From a bacterium (lineage in GTDB: Bacteria > Patescibacteriota > Minisyncoccia > Phycocordibacterales > UBA1006): 64,000 bases of DNA. Location of the stretch: the NCBI GenBank assembly GCA_030433255.1, contig JAUIMI010000001.1:311362-375361 (forward strand). Direction: 5' to 3'. The first letter of the stretch is position 1. The number at the start of each line of letters is the position of its first letter. Below the pieces are notes generated by a model. It did no database searches and was not told where the DNA came from. It saw nothing but the letters and a program-made list of their open reading frames with translations. A program made the position numbers and the translations under genes. Below, piece after piece: positions 51,359 to 61,028 of the stretch.

Positions 51359-52282
51359 TTATTTTTCAGCAAGTGCAAGTTCTGCAAGTTTCCAAGCACC
51401 TTCCTTCGATTCTGCAACTGCCATCCATACAGCATTGTGACAAAAAAGTGCATCTGAAACACCAGTAATTTCAGCAAGTTCTTCTCCTCTTTTTCCAGCC
51501 CATGCATCCGGAAGCGACTTCCTGTTTTCAAATGAACAAGCTTCTTTTCTCATGGCAAGAGCTTTCCAATTTTTATTACTCCTACATACAATAAACATAA
51601 CTTCTTTATGTTTATGGAGAACCTGAATAAGCGCGCTCACTGTTACATGGTATGGGATTTCTAGAATTACTTTATTTTCTGCAGTGTCATAGATTTCTTG
51701 GATGGTATCAATCATCTCAAGACGATGAAAAGATCTATCTATCTCGCGAGATAATAATTGTTTGAAAAAGTTAACTAAATACAGAAAATTTGATAACTGC
51801 ATTGAATCTTCACCGGCTTCTTTCCATGTGTTTTGATAAGCACCAATGATTCCATACATACCATAATCACACAAACCAGTATCTGATGGTTCTGTGATGC
51901 TAATACCGTTATCAATAGCATCAATTGGTTGAACAATACGTCTATCGATATCTTCAATTATGGTTTCATTATTACACAATAATGGACCATATTTTTCCCA
52001 AATAAGTCCAAATGATGCATATGGAATTCCATTAGTACGTTTTCCTGCACCACCTGGTTGATGATGATCATAACGCTCTAAATCAGAGTCGTACACACCA
52101 CCCACATCAATAACATAATCTGCTGATGAAATAATTTCTTCATCTCGCGTTCGGATAATTGTATACGGTTGTTTTTTTCTGTCTAAATACAAACTTAATG
52201 TAGCACATGCAAAAATATCATCAGCATGAAATGAACCATTATGGGTTACAATAGTTTTTTTATTTTTTAAAAATCGAAACAT
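51359..52282 (-). CDS. MYG1 family exonuclease/hydrolase
   Basis: THNGSFHADD, RTRD, DVGG, DHHQ, DAIDNG, FCH. Confidence 0.9.
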   Translation of the reverse strand: MFRFLKNKKTIVTHNGSFHADDIFACATLSLYLDRKKQPYTIIRTRDEEIISSADYVIDVGGVYDSDLERYDHHQPGGAGKRTNGIPYASFGLIWEKYGPLLCNNETIIEDIDRRIVQPIDAIDNGISITEPSDTGLCDYGMYGIIGAYQNTWKEAGEDSMQLSNFLYLVNFFKQLLSREIDRSFHRLEMIDTIQEIYDTAENKVILEIPYHVTVSALIQVLHKHKEVMFIVCRSNKNWKALAMRKEACSFENRKSLPDAWAGKRGEELAEITGVSDALFCHNAVWMAVAESKEGAWKLAELALAEK

Positions 52283-52325
52283 ACTTATAGTATATAGGAA
52301 AAAACACTAAATAAAAAAACAAGTA

Positions 52326-52667
52326 TTAACTTGTTAATTTATCAAGAAGCCAATTTGCCACCGTTAGAGCTAATGCTCCCCAGAATGCAGCTATAAATGT
52401 AGATACGGTAAATCCTGTAATAAGAGATGCTACAAACCAAAACAAGAGTACATTAACCAATAAACCAAACAATCCAAAAGATAAAATGTTTAATGGTAAG
52501 GTGATAATTTTTAAAATTGGTTTAACAGCAAAATTAATTACAGCAAAGAGTACTGCTGCAATAATTGCTGCTTGTGGTTCACTAATACTAATACCCGTAA
52601 TAATAGATGGGAGTACGTAATACACCACTAATCCAAGCCCAATAACTTGTAAAATAAATTTTTTCAT
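52326..52667 (-). CDS. YvlD/phage-holin-like four-TM membrane protein
   Basis: N..VKPIL..ITLP..ILS.GLF..VN. Confidence 0.85.
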   Translation of the reverse strand: MKKFILQVIGLGLVVYYVLPSIITGISISEPQAAIIAAVLFAVINFAVKPILKIITLPLNILSFGLFGLLVNVLLFWFVASLITGFTVSTFIAAFWGALALTVANWLLDKLTS

Positions 52668-52727
52668 ACTTTTTAATTGTAAGACTATTAAAATTCTATT
52701 GCAAGTTTAAAATAAAAAACTTGCAAA

Positions 52728-53177
52728 TTATGCAAGTAATTCATCAACAATAGTTTTTACATCGTTTCCATCAGCCTTTCCTTTTAATTCACCCATTAAC
52801 ATACCCATTACTTGCCCCTTATTTACATCTGCTCCAAGCTCTGCAATCTTTGTAGATACCATAGATCGGATTTCATCTAAGGACATCATTTCTGGTAGAA
52901 ATGATTCAATAATAGCAAGCTCTGTCTTCTCGTCTTCTGCTAACTCAGGACGTCCAGCATCTTCGTATTGTTTAATTGAATCTTTTCGTTTTTTTGATTC
53001 TTTTGTTAAAACATCCATTGCCATAGTATCATCTACTGGTGTATCAGGAGATTTCCCAGCCGCAACAACAGCATTTGTCATAGCTGACATGAGTCCACGA
53101 TAGGTCGTAACTGCCGCCATGTTTCGTTCTTTCATAGCTGCTTTCATATTTTCTTTCATTTGTTCTTGTAGTGTCAT
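52728..53177 (-). CDS. GatB/YqeY domain protein
   Basis: MK.AMK, K.RKDS..Y..AGR.ELA..E..E...I..FLP, G.ADG. Confidence 0.88.
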   Translation of the reverse strand: MTLQEQMKENMKAAMKERNMAAVTTYRGLMSAMTNAVVAAGKSPDTPVDDTMAMDVLTKESKKRKDSIKQYEDAGRPELAEDEKTELAIIESFLPEMMSLDEIRSMVSTKIAELGADVNKGQVMGMLMGELKGKADGNDVKTIVDELLA

Positions 53178-53236
53178 ATGTTTCAAGTATAGATGAAATA
53201 GTTTTAGATTCAAGCTTATTTCGCTATAATGAAATC

Positions 53237-53857
53237 ATGATGCATTCAAAACTACATATCAATCAATTTTATAGACAAACAAAGCGTGGTCATGTTTTAC
53301 GTGCACTCGCTCTTGATGATGTTTCGTTCTGGGGGGCAGATCGATTAATTAGTGTAATTTTTGCCCTCTTTATTGTTTCCAATATTACTGGAGGATCAGC
53401 AACACATGTTGGAATTGCCTTAATGATACGACAACTCGTAATTGCTTTTTTGAGTGTACCTGTTGGGCGGTTGCTAGATAAACATAAGGGATACATAGAT
53501 GAGGTTTATTTTTTAGCACTTTCTGGAATCCTCGCTGGAGTTGCCTATATATTCCTTGGATTCTCTACTCAGCTGTGGCAAGTATATATATTAATGGCAT
53601 GTATTGGTGTTGCTCATACCTTCAACCTAGATACATGGCGAGTACTATTTTATGGACTTATTAAAAAAGGAGAGCAAGGAGAAACAACAGGGATCTACCA
53701 AACAATTATGTCAGTCACAGGTGCTCTTATTTTAGTTATTGGAGGTATCGTAGCTGATAAATACGGATATTCAACAATTATGTGGATTGGTGCAGTGATG
53801 ACAATTATTGCAGGTATCATCCCATTATCTATTAAACATCTAGTCCCGAAAAAGTAA
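53237..53857 (+). CDS. Half-size (six-TM) MFS-like protein
   Basis: About 6 TMs with GRLLDK and GIVADKYG motif-A-like loops; ATG 6 nt after TATAAT. Confidence 0.7.
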   Translation: MMHSKLHINQFYRQTKRGHVLRALALDDVSFWGADRLISVIFALFIVSNITGGSATHVGIALMIRQLVIAFLSVPVGRLLDKHKGYIDEVYFLALSGILAGVAYIFLGFSTQLWQVYILMACIGVAHTFNLDTWRVLFYGLIKKGEQGETTGIYQTIMSVTGALILVIGGIVADKYGYSTIMWIGAVMTIIAGIIPLSIKHLVPKK

Positions 53858-53858
53858 C

Positions 53859-54581
53859 ATGAAACATACTCTTATTTTTATAGATACCGAAACCACAGGA
53901 ACAGGCTCTAACGATAGGCTGATTCAGGTAGGATATCGTACAACTGATGGAAATGATGTGAATGAATTTTATAGCACTAATAAGAAGATTGAAATTGGAG
54001 CTATGGCAACACATCATATCACCGAGAAAATGATTGCTAATAAGCCAAAATTTAAAGATAGTCCGATCTATTTCGAATTAAAAGAACGATTCAAAAAAAA
54101 CCATGTATTTGTTGCTCATAATGCAAAATTTGATGTTGCAATGATTGAACGTGAAGGATTACATGTTGGCCCTGTTATTGATACCTTAAAAATTGCACGT
54201 ATTCTTGATCCAAATGAAAAGATTGAATCATACGCACTACAATATCTACGTTATTTATTAGGAATTGAAGTTGAAGCGGTTGCGCATGACGCATGGGGAG
54301 ATATTCTTGTTTTGGAACAATTATTCTATCGACTATTAAAAAAAATAATGGACGAAAAAAATATTTCACAAGATGAAGCTATTGATTGGATGATAGATGA
54401 ATCAAAAAAACCAACATTATTCCGAAGTATTCGTTTTGGTAAACATGCAGGTAAAAAGTTTACAGATATAGCAAATGAAGATCCTGGGTACCTACGTTGG
54501 TTATTAGGACAAAAGGAACAAGAAGAAGAAATTGATGAGGATTGGGTATACACTTTGAAACATTATTTGCATCTCAATTAA
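53859..54581 (+). CDS. DEDDh 3'-5' exonuclease (ExoX-like) with C-terminal FGKH domain
   Basis: DTETTG, AHNAKFD, AHDAWGD, FGKH.G...DPGYL.W. Confidence 0.88.
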   Translation: MKHTLIFIDTETTGTGSNDRLIQVGYRTTDGNDVNEFYSTNKKIEIGAMATHHITEKMIANKPKFKDSPIYFELKERFKKNHVFVAHNAKFDVAMIEREGLHVGPVIDTLKIARILDPNEKIESYALQYLRYLLGIEVEAVAHDAWGDILVLEQLFYRLLKKIMDEKNISQDEAIDWMIDESKKPTLFRSIRFGKHAGKKFTDIANEDPGYLRWLLGQKEQEEEIDEDWVYTLKHYLHLN

Positions 54582-54807
54582 AATTTAATATACCTGTCAT
54601 TGTGAGACACGAAGCAATCTTTATAAATAAACCTTATGTAGGTTTGGAAAAGGACGGTCACGAAGCGACTGTCCTTTTCCATTTAAACTTCATTTAAAAA
54701 CTTGACAATGTAATAATAATTTGCTATTATATATTCAAATCTGTTTTTAAGGTTAGTTTTGTTTAGAATTTTTTATAAATAAAACTAACCTTAAAAACAA
54801 TCAAAAA

Positions 54808-55146
54808 ATGAAAAATTTAATAAAATTAGTACTTGCTTGTATTTTTATCTCTTTTATTTCTTGTAAAGAAAAACCTGGACATAATCCGAATTCTGGAATA
54901 GAACCACAAACAATTTATATTTATGGTTTAGGTGAAGACGGTGAAATCACTATATTTAAACATGGTTGGAATGATAGTATTTGTAAAAAAAACGCGGATT
55001 TACTTTTTAATGAAATTTTAAAAAATTATCAAGAAAAAGAATTTAATCATAATCCACCAAGTGATTCAATAATTAAGGTTGATATTGATGGTGATAGTGA
55101 TTTAGATATTATTGAAATAGGAATATCTCATAACCTACAGGATTAA
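54808..55146 (+). CDS. Hypothetical lipoprotein
   Basis: Lipobox FISC followed by KEK; TTGACA-17-TATTAT promoter. Confidence 0.6.
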   Translation: MKNLIKLVLACIFISFISCKEKPGHNPNSGIEPQTIYIYGLGEDGEITIFKHGWNDSICKKNADLLFNEILKNYQEKEFNHNPPSDSIIKVDIDGDSDLDIIEIGISHNLQD

Positions 55147-55226
55147 TAGTAAAAAACTAAATAGATTGCCTTGAATATTTATTCAAGGTTTTTCTTTTAC
55201 AAAAATCTCCATGTTATAATAACTTC

Positions 55227-56309
55227 ATGACAACTATGTTACTTATTTTAGGGATTGCTATTGTTGGTTTGTTGATTTTTCTTATTATCGAAACACGAAA
55301 AAATCGCAAACCAACAGAAGATTCAAACGCAATGCAAATGTTATTACAGCAGATGAATGATTTACGTTCAAATATGGATGAAAAAATTTCTGGATCAAAC
55401 CGTGATATGTCACGTGCGGTACAAAATCAATTTTCAGAGTCACAAAAACTCATTCAAAATATCAACAAACAAATGTCTGAAAATTTATTACATGTAGCGC
55501 GCGAAATAACCGAGACCAAGGAAACAAACAAACAAGTTTTTGAATTAGCAGGTCAATTGTCTGATTTGGAAAAAGTTCTTAAAAATCAAAAAACACGCGG
55601 TAATCTAGGCGAAATGGGATTAGAACTGATTCTTTCAAACATTCTAGCACCAACAAATTACCAGATGCAATATCTCTTTGCTGATGGGAAACAAGTCGAT
55701 GCAATTATTAAAACTGAGCAAGATAAGTTTATTCCTGTTGATGCTAAATTCTCGCTAGATAATTATCGTAGACTCGTTGACGAAACTGATGATGAAAAAC
55801 GTACTGAATTAGAAAAAGCATTCAAAACAGACTTGAAAAAACGTATTGATGAAACGGCTCAATACATTCGCCCTGATGAAGGAACACTTCCCTTTGCATT
55901 TATGTTTATTCCTGCGGAAGGAATCTATTATGATTTGTTAGTAAACGAAGTTGGGGCAGTCAAGGCAAATACGCGAAACCTTATTGATTACGCCTACCAC
56001 GATAAAAAAGTTATTATTGTTTCACCAACAACTTTTTCTGCATATTTACAGTCAGTACTCTATGGATTCAAGGCATTCCAGATTGAAAAATCTGCAGTAG
56101 AAATTCAAAAGAATGTCCAAAAATTAGGACGGCATTTATCTGCATACAACGAAGTATTCAACAAAATAGGAAACACCCTCGGAACAACGGTTAATCATTA
56201 CAACCGAGCAACCAAAGAATTAGGAAAAATTGATAAAGATATAACTAAAATAACAGGAGAATCTCCAGAACTAGAAACAAACCTATTAGACAAACCAAGT
56301 AAAGAATAG
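55227..56309 (+). CDS. rmuC: DNA recombination protein RmuC
   Basis: RG.LGE..LE, PVDAKF, FMFIPAE, SPTT. Confidence 0.92.
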   Translation: MTTMLLILGIAIVGLLIFLIIETRKNRKPTEDSNAMQMLLQQMNDLRSNMDEKISGSNRDMSRAVQNQFSESQKLIQNINKQMSENLLHVAREITETKETNKQVFELAGQLSDLEKVLKNQKTRGNLGEMGLELILSNILAPTNYQMQYLFADGKQVDAIIKTEQDKFIPVDAKFSLDNYRRLVDETDDEKRTELEKAFKTDLKKRIDETAQYIRPDEGTLPFAFMFIPAEGIYYDLLVNEVGAVKANTRNLIDYAYHDKKVIIVSPTTFSAYLQSVLYGFKAFQIEKSAVEIQKNVQKLGRHLSAYNEVFNKIGNTLGTTVNHYNRATKELGKIDKDITKITGESPELETNLLDKPSKE

Positions 56310-56401
56310 AAAACACCTCATTAAAGGTGTTTTTGACTTATTAAATAAAAAATGTTACTATAATCATTAAGTAACATATAACAATTTAAAAACTAACCTT
56401 T

Positions 56402-56698
56402 ATGATGACAACAACAGTATCCCTTGTCGCTCTTTTTATTATTTTATCTCTTCCTGTGTCTATTTTAATTAGAAAAAAAATTCAGCTGAAAAATGAAAAA
56501 TATCTGGAAAAACTTCCAGACTTACGAGATATTCGACACACCATTGATGGTGAATGGGATTTAATTAAGGAAAAAAAGATTAATGGTTGGCATGTTTATA
56601 CAATAGAAATAGACTTGCAAAAACCTGGCTCATTAATCGTTTCTGAAACAAAAACATTTAAAACAAAACAAAGGCTCATACCAGAAGTTTTGTACTAA
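56402..56698 (+). CDS. Hypothetical membrane-anchored protein (ORFan)
   Basis: TTGACT-17-TACTAT promoter, A-rich leader, N-terminal TM. Confidence 0.55.
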   Translation: MMTTTVSLVALFIILSLPVSILIRKKIQLKNEKYLEKLPDLRDIRHTIDGEWDLIKEKKINGWHVYTIEIDLQKPGSLIVSETKTFKTKQRLIPEVLY

Positions 56699-56732
56699 CA
56701 TTAAAAACCACTCCATAAAGGAGTGGCATTTT

Positions 56733-58244
56733 TTATATATTAAGTAATTGTTCAAGGTAATCACGTTTATTTGATAATCGTGGAACCTTATGTTGTCCAC
56801 CTAATTTACCTCTTTGCTCCATCCATTTTATAAATGTTCCTTTTGGTACAAAATTCAGTTTTAATTCCTGTAGCGCAATATCTCCTTGTCGTTTTGCTGC
56901 GTAATCAGAATTTATTGTTTGTAACTCCTTATCAAGAGCAGCTGTAAAACTTACTATATCAATGGGCTCTTTACCAAATTCAACAACCCATTCATGTCCT
57001 CCCTTCCCTTTATCGTTCATGAATATTGGTCCAGCTGTATAGTGATCAATAATACAATCAAATGTATTTGAAACTTTAGCTATGGCTTCGTCCGTATTTC
57101 CCACCATAAGCTCTTCTCCAAAAACATTAATGAAATGTTTTGTTCTTCCGGAAATTTTAATACGATAGGGATCAACACTCGTGAATTGAATAGTATCTCC
57201 AATATCATACCGCCACAATCCTGCATTTGTTGTGATTATCATCGCATAATCAATACCTACAGTAACATCTTTTAGAGTTATGGCTTGTGCGTTATTTTTT
57301 CCGTATTCATCCATTGGAATAAATTCATAGAAAATCCCATGATCAGTTAATAACACCATTTCTCCTTTTTTATGCATATCGTCTTGAATAGCAAAAAAAC
57401 CTTCTGATGCATTGTATACTTCTAAATATTTCATATCAGAAAAAGGTAATAATTTTTTAAAGATAGCCTGATACGGACCAAAAGCGACAGCTCCATGGAT
57501 AAATAATTCTATATTCGGCCAGATATCTCGTAGAGTAGTATAAGGATGTTGTTTTTGCATTTCATCAAAAAGACTTACAAACCACGTTGGAACACCAGAT
57601 AAATGTGTTATGTTTTTCCCAATAGTATCTTGTATCATTGCTGGTATTTTATGTTTCCATTCTGACATAAGAGCAACATCTATTGATGGTTCACGATATT
57701 TTTCAGCCCACGAAGGTAATTCAGATGTAATAATAGCTGAAATATCTCCAATTTTTGAACCGTATTCATTTTTTATAAAACTCCCAGAAAGAGAAAAAAC
57801 AGCACCATTATTTTTAAATAAATCACTTTCAGGATAATTATCAAAAAAAATAGTATAAATATCTCTTCCTGCCTTATAATTCCCTTTGTATAAAGAATCA
57901 TGAGATACAGGAATGTATTTACTAGTATCACCTGTAGTTCCTGATGATTTTGAAAAAGAAGAGATAACTCCTGGCCATAAAACATCAGGCTTTCCTTCTA
58001 TCATTTCTTGAATGTATTTCTTAATATCATTGTATTCAAATATTGGAACCATATTTTGATAATCTTCAAAAGAATTAATAGCAGAAAAATTATACATGCT
58101 ACCAAATTTTGTATGTTGAGCCTTATTAAGTAAGTCAAAAAAAATAAATTCTTGCGAGGCACAAGCATTTTTTTTCCAAGAATCAACCTTATATTTTCTA
58201 ATTTGAAAATATTTTTTCATTGATGTTTCAATGATAGTATTCAT
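56733..58244 (-). CDS. GH3 auxin-responsive family (acyl-adenylating amido synthetase-like) protein
   Basis: KSSGTT..SKYIP, GVP.W, YNASEGFF, GLWRY.IGD, GRTK.FIN.FGEE, GGQ.KVPRL. Confidence 0.9.
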   Translation of the reverse strand: MNTIIETSMKKYFQIRKYKVDSWKKNACASQEFIFFDLLNKAQHTKFGSMYNFSAINSFEDYQNMVPIFEYNDIKKYIQEMIEGKPDVLWPGVISSFSKSSGTTGDTSKYIPVSHDSLYKGNYKAGRDIYTIFFDNYPESDLFKNNGAVFSLSGSFIKNEYGSKIGDISAIITSELPSWAEKYREPSIDVALMSEWKHKIPAMIQDTIGKNITHLSGVPTWFVSLFDEMQKQHPYTTLRDIWPNIELFIHGAVAFGPYQAIFKKLLPFSDMKYLEVYNASEGFFAIQDDMHKKGEMVLLTDHGIFYEFIPMDEYGKNNAQAITLKDVTVGIDYAMIITTNAGLWRYDIGDTIQFTSVDPYRIKISGRTKHFINVFGEELMVGNTDEAIAKVSNTFDCIIDHYTAGPIFMNDKGKGGHEWVVEFGKEPIDIVSFTAALDKELQTINSDYAAKRQGDIALQELKLNFVPKGTFIKWMEQRGKLGGQHKVPRLSNKRDYLEQLLNI

Positions 58245-58339
58245 AGTTCTATCCTATCATGTAGTTATTCATACTCAAGATACTTGATTTATTTTAAAAA
58301 TATGTGAAAATAAATACAAATCAATAAATCTTAAAGATT

Positions 58340-58873
58340 ATGAAAAAATTAATATTACTATTATTTTCTTTCTTGTTTCTTGTCTCTTGTGGTAGAAATA
58401 CCTATGAAGTAATCAATAGAACAAGTGCTGTTTTAGACGCTACGACATATGCCTTAAATGGTAACAGATACTATACTGGATACTACAGAACAAGCGGATA
58501 TTATAGACCTACGATACAGAGGAGATATCCATACAATCAATATTACAATAGAGTGCCTCAACATGTTAGGTATACGTCACTACATGATGGGAATGTCTAT
58601 TGCAGGTCGTACTGTCCAGGTATCACTGCTCATTTTTTTGAACCAGTACAGATACACCAAGAACAAAACTTTTTTGTAGAGTATGTTTATAATAATCGAT
58701 CTTATTTCTACCCAACATATTGGGATGGTCATACGTATAAAACAAATTTTTCAAGAATAGCTAGAATAGAAAATAGAAGCCAAGTGAGTGTTCAAGCAAC
58801 CCACTACCACAAACCATTCTTCTATAGAAGAAGTAGACAGATACAGAACTCCTGTAATCACTACTGTAGATAA
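58340..58873 (+). CDS. Hypothetical Tyr/Arg-rich lipoprotein
   Basis: Lipobox LVSC; Y/R-rich body. Confidence 0.6.
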   Translation: MKKLILLLFSFLFLVSCGRNTYEVINRTSAVLDATTYALNGNRYYTGYYRTSGYYRPTIQRRYPYNQYYNRVPQHVRYTSLHDGNVYCRSYCPGITAHFFEPVQIHQEQNFFVEYVYNNRSYFYPTYWDGHTYKTNFSRIARIENRSQVSVQATHYHKPFFYRRSRQIQNSCNHYCR

Positions 58874-58905
58874 TAATAAAAACGACTTAATAAACTTAAG
58901 TCGTT

Positions 58906-60699
58906 TTATTTTTTCATCATTTTTAAAAATACATCATGAGAAATATTAACTTTCCCCATAGCTGCCATTTTCTTTTTTCCCTTCTTTTGTTTTTCTCGTA
59001 ATTTCATTTTTCGTGTGATATCTCCACCATATAATTTTGCTGTTACATCTTTTTTCATAGCCGAGAGTTTACGCGAAGCAACAATTTTCCCGAGAACTTT
59101 TGCTTGAATTTTTACCACAAACATTTGACGTGGCAGTGCCTTATAGAGTTTTTCTACTGTTTCATCTGCTTCTTGATCAGCCCGTCTTGTTGAAACAATA
59201 CGAGAGAATGCAGCTACTGGTTCTTCGGCAACAAGCACATCTAACCGTGTAACATCAGCGCTGCGCATTTCATTTATTTCGTAGGAAATAGATGCATAAC
59301 CAGATGATACTGATTTAAGTGCATCAAAAAAATTCCGCATAAGTTCTCGGAGTGGCATATGGACAATAATTTGCGTTCGACCATCTCCAAAAGTGATAGT
59401 CTCTCCTGTTTCTCCTTCATGTTCATAGAGTAACTGCATAATATTACCTAAATATTCTGAAGGAGAAATAATTTTCATTTCAACCCATGGTTCTTCTATC
59501 ATTGCCACGTCACCATGATCTGGAAATAGTGCAGCAGAATAAACAGTAACCATATCTCCATTTTTCTTCATCACTTCATAAGTAACTGATGGAGACGTAA
59601 CGATGAGATCTAAGTTAAATTCCCTACGCAACCTTTCTGAAATAATTTCTAAATGGAGCATACCAAGACACCCAACACGAAAACCACGACCTAGTGTCCC
59701 AGACACCTCTTCTTCAAAAGATAAAGATGAATCAGATAATTGCAATCTACCAAGTGCTGTTTTTAATAGTTCAAAATCATCAGTCGATTCTGGGTATACT
59801 GAAGCCCACACGACAGGTGTTGGTTCCATGTACCCAGACAGTGTTTCCAGTTGATTTTTAAAGAGTGTTACCGTATCACCAACCTGTGCCACTTTTGCCT
59901 CTTTGATTCCGGTAACAACATACCCAATTTCTCCAGCAGAAATACAATCGGTTGACTGTGCGTCAGGTTTAAATACCCCAACATCGAGTGCAAAGAATTT
60001 CTTTTTTGAGGTTCCAAAAATCATCTGATCGCCTTTTTTTATTTGACCATCCATGAGACGTACATAGATAATGACACCCTTGTGGTTTGAATATTCAAAA
60101 TCAAACACGAGACCACGAGAACTTGTTGTGTCTGCAATAATCTCTGTTGGCGGTTCAACTTGCTCTATAATCCTTTCGATAAGTTCTGGAACACCTTCAC
60201 CTGTTTTACCTGAAACGAGCAGTATGTCATCAGGATCAATATCAAGTAAGTTCATTACTTCTTCTTTAATTTCTTCAACGCGAGCAAGTGGAGAATCAAC
60301 CTTTGAAAGAGCTGGAATAATTTTTAATCCAGCTTTTTTTGCCATTTCTAAGGTTGTAAATGTTTGTGCTTGCACTCCTTGAGTTGCATCAACAAGAAGA
60401 ATTGAGCCTTCTACCGCTTTGAGTGCACGAGAAACTTCATATGAAAAATCAATATGACCAGGAGTATCAATAAGGTTAAGAATATAGTTTTGATTATTAT
60501 ACCCATATTCCATACGGACTGGTTGCATTTTAATGGTGATACCGCGCTCTTGTTCTAATTCCATCGTATCAAGCATTTGATCACGCATTTTACGTTCTGG
60601 AATTGTATGAGTCACTTCCAACATGCGATCAGCAAGTGTTGATTTACCATGATCAATATGAGCAATAATAGAAAAATTTCTAATGTGAGATAAATTCAT
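58906..60699 (-). CDS. lepA: Elongation factor 4
   Basis: IRNFSIIAHIDHGKSTLADR, DTPGH, KDVTAKLYGGD. Confidence 0.97.
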   Translation of the reverse strand: MNLSHIRNFSIIAHIDHGKSTLADRMLEVTHTIPERKMRDQMLDTMELEQERGITIKMQPVRMEYGYNNQNYILNLIDTPGHIDFSYEVSRALKAVEGSILLVDATQGVQAQTFTTLEMAKKAGLKIIPALSKVDSPLARVEEIKEEVMNLLDIDPDDILLVSGKTGEGVPELIERIIEQVEPPTEIIADTTSSRGLVFDFEYSNHKGVIIYVRLMDGQIKKGDQMIFGTSKKKFFALDVGVFKPDAQSTDCISAGEIGYVVTGIKEAKVAQVGDTVTLFKNQLETLSGYMEPTPVVWASVYPESTDDFELLKTALGRLQLSDSSLSFEEEVSGTLGRGFRVGCLGMLHLEIISERLRREFNLDLIVTSPSVTYEVMKKNGDMVTVYSAALFPDHGDVAMIEEPWVEMKIISPSEYLGNIMQLLYEHEGETGETITFGDGRTQIIVHMPLRELMRNFFDALKSVSSGYASISYEINEMRSADVTRLDVLVAEEPVAAFSRIVSTRRADQEADETVEKLYKALPRQMFVVKIQAKVLGKIVASRKLSAMKKDVTAKLYGGDITRKMKLREKQKKGKKKMAAMGKVNISHDVFLKMMKK

Positions 60700-60780
60700 G
60701 ATTTGTATTCTAACAGAAAGGTAAAAAGTATAAAGAAAATATATAAAATATAAAACGTCGAATATTCGACGTTTTATTTC

Positions 60781-60921
60781 TTATCCTAAAATAGGACAAT
60801 TCTTAAATTTTTCATCAACCTCTAAACTAATAAGATTACCAATTGCTTGTAAAACTTGTTTTTGTTCAAATCCAGAAGTATTCTCTAAAATTTCTGAAAT
60901 TTCTTTTTGAGTGTAGTTCAT
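60781..60921 (-). CDS. Candidate 46-aa small protein (not in the ORF track)
   Basis: MNYTQKEISEILENTSGFEQKQVLQAIGNLISLEVDEKFKNCPILG, with TTGCAT-16-TAAAAT upstream and a palindrome downstream. Confidence 0.45.
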   Translation of the reverse strand: MNYTQKEISEILENTSGFEQKQVLQAIGNLISLEVDEKFKNCPILG

Positions 60922-61028
60922 ACTTTATAAAATTTTATTTGTAAAATATTTTAATACAAAGTAAACAAAATGCAATTTTCTAAATAGATAACTTTACAAT
61001 TTTATTAAAATCAGTATATTAAAATAAT

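Noticed and set aside
52326-52667. Holin-like gene as evidence of a prophage
   Set aside because: YvlD-type membrane protein among housekeeping genes; no phage structural genes in the window
60751-60776. Palindrome containing AACGTCG/CGACGTT like the dif arms
   Set aside because: No proper spacer; position right after a stop codon fits a terminator
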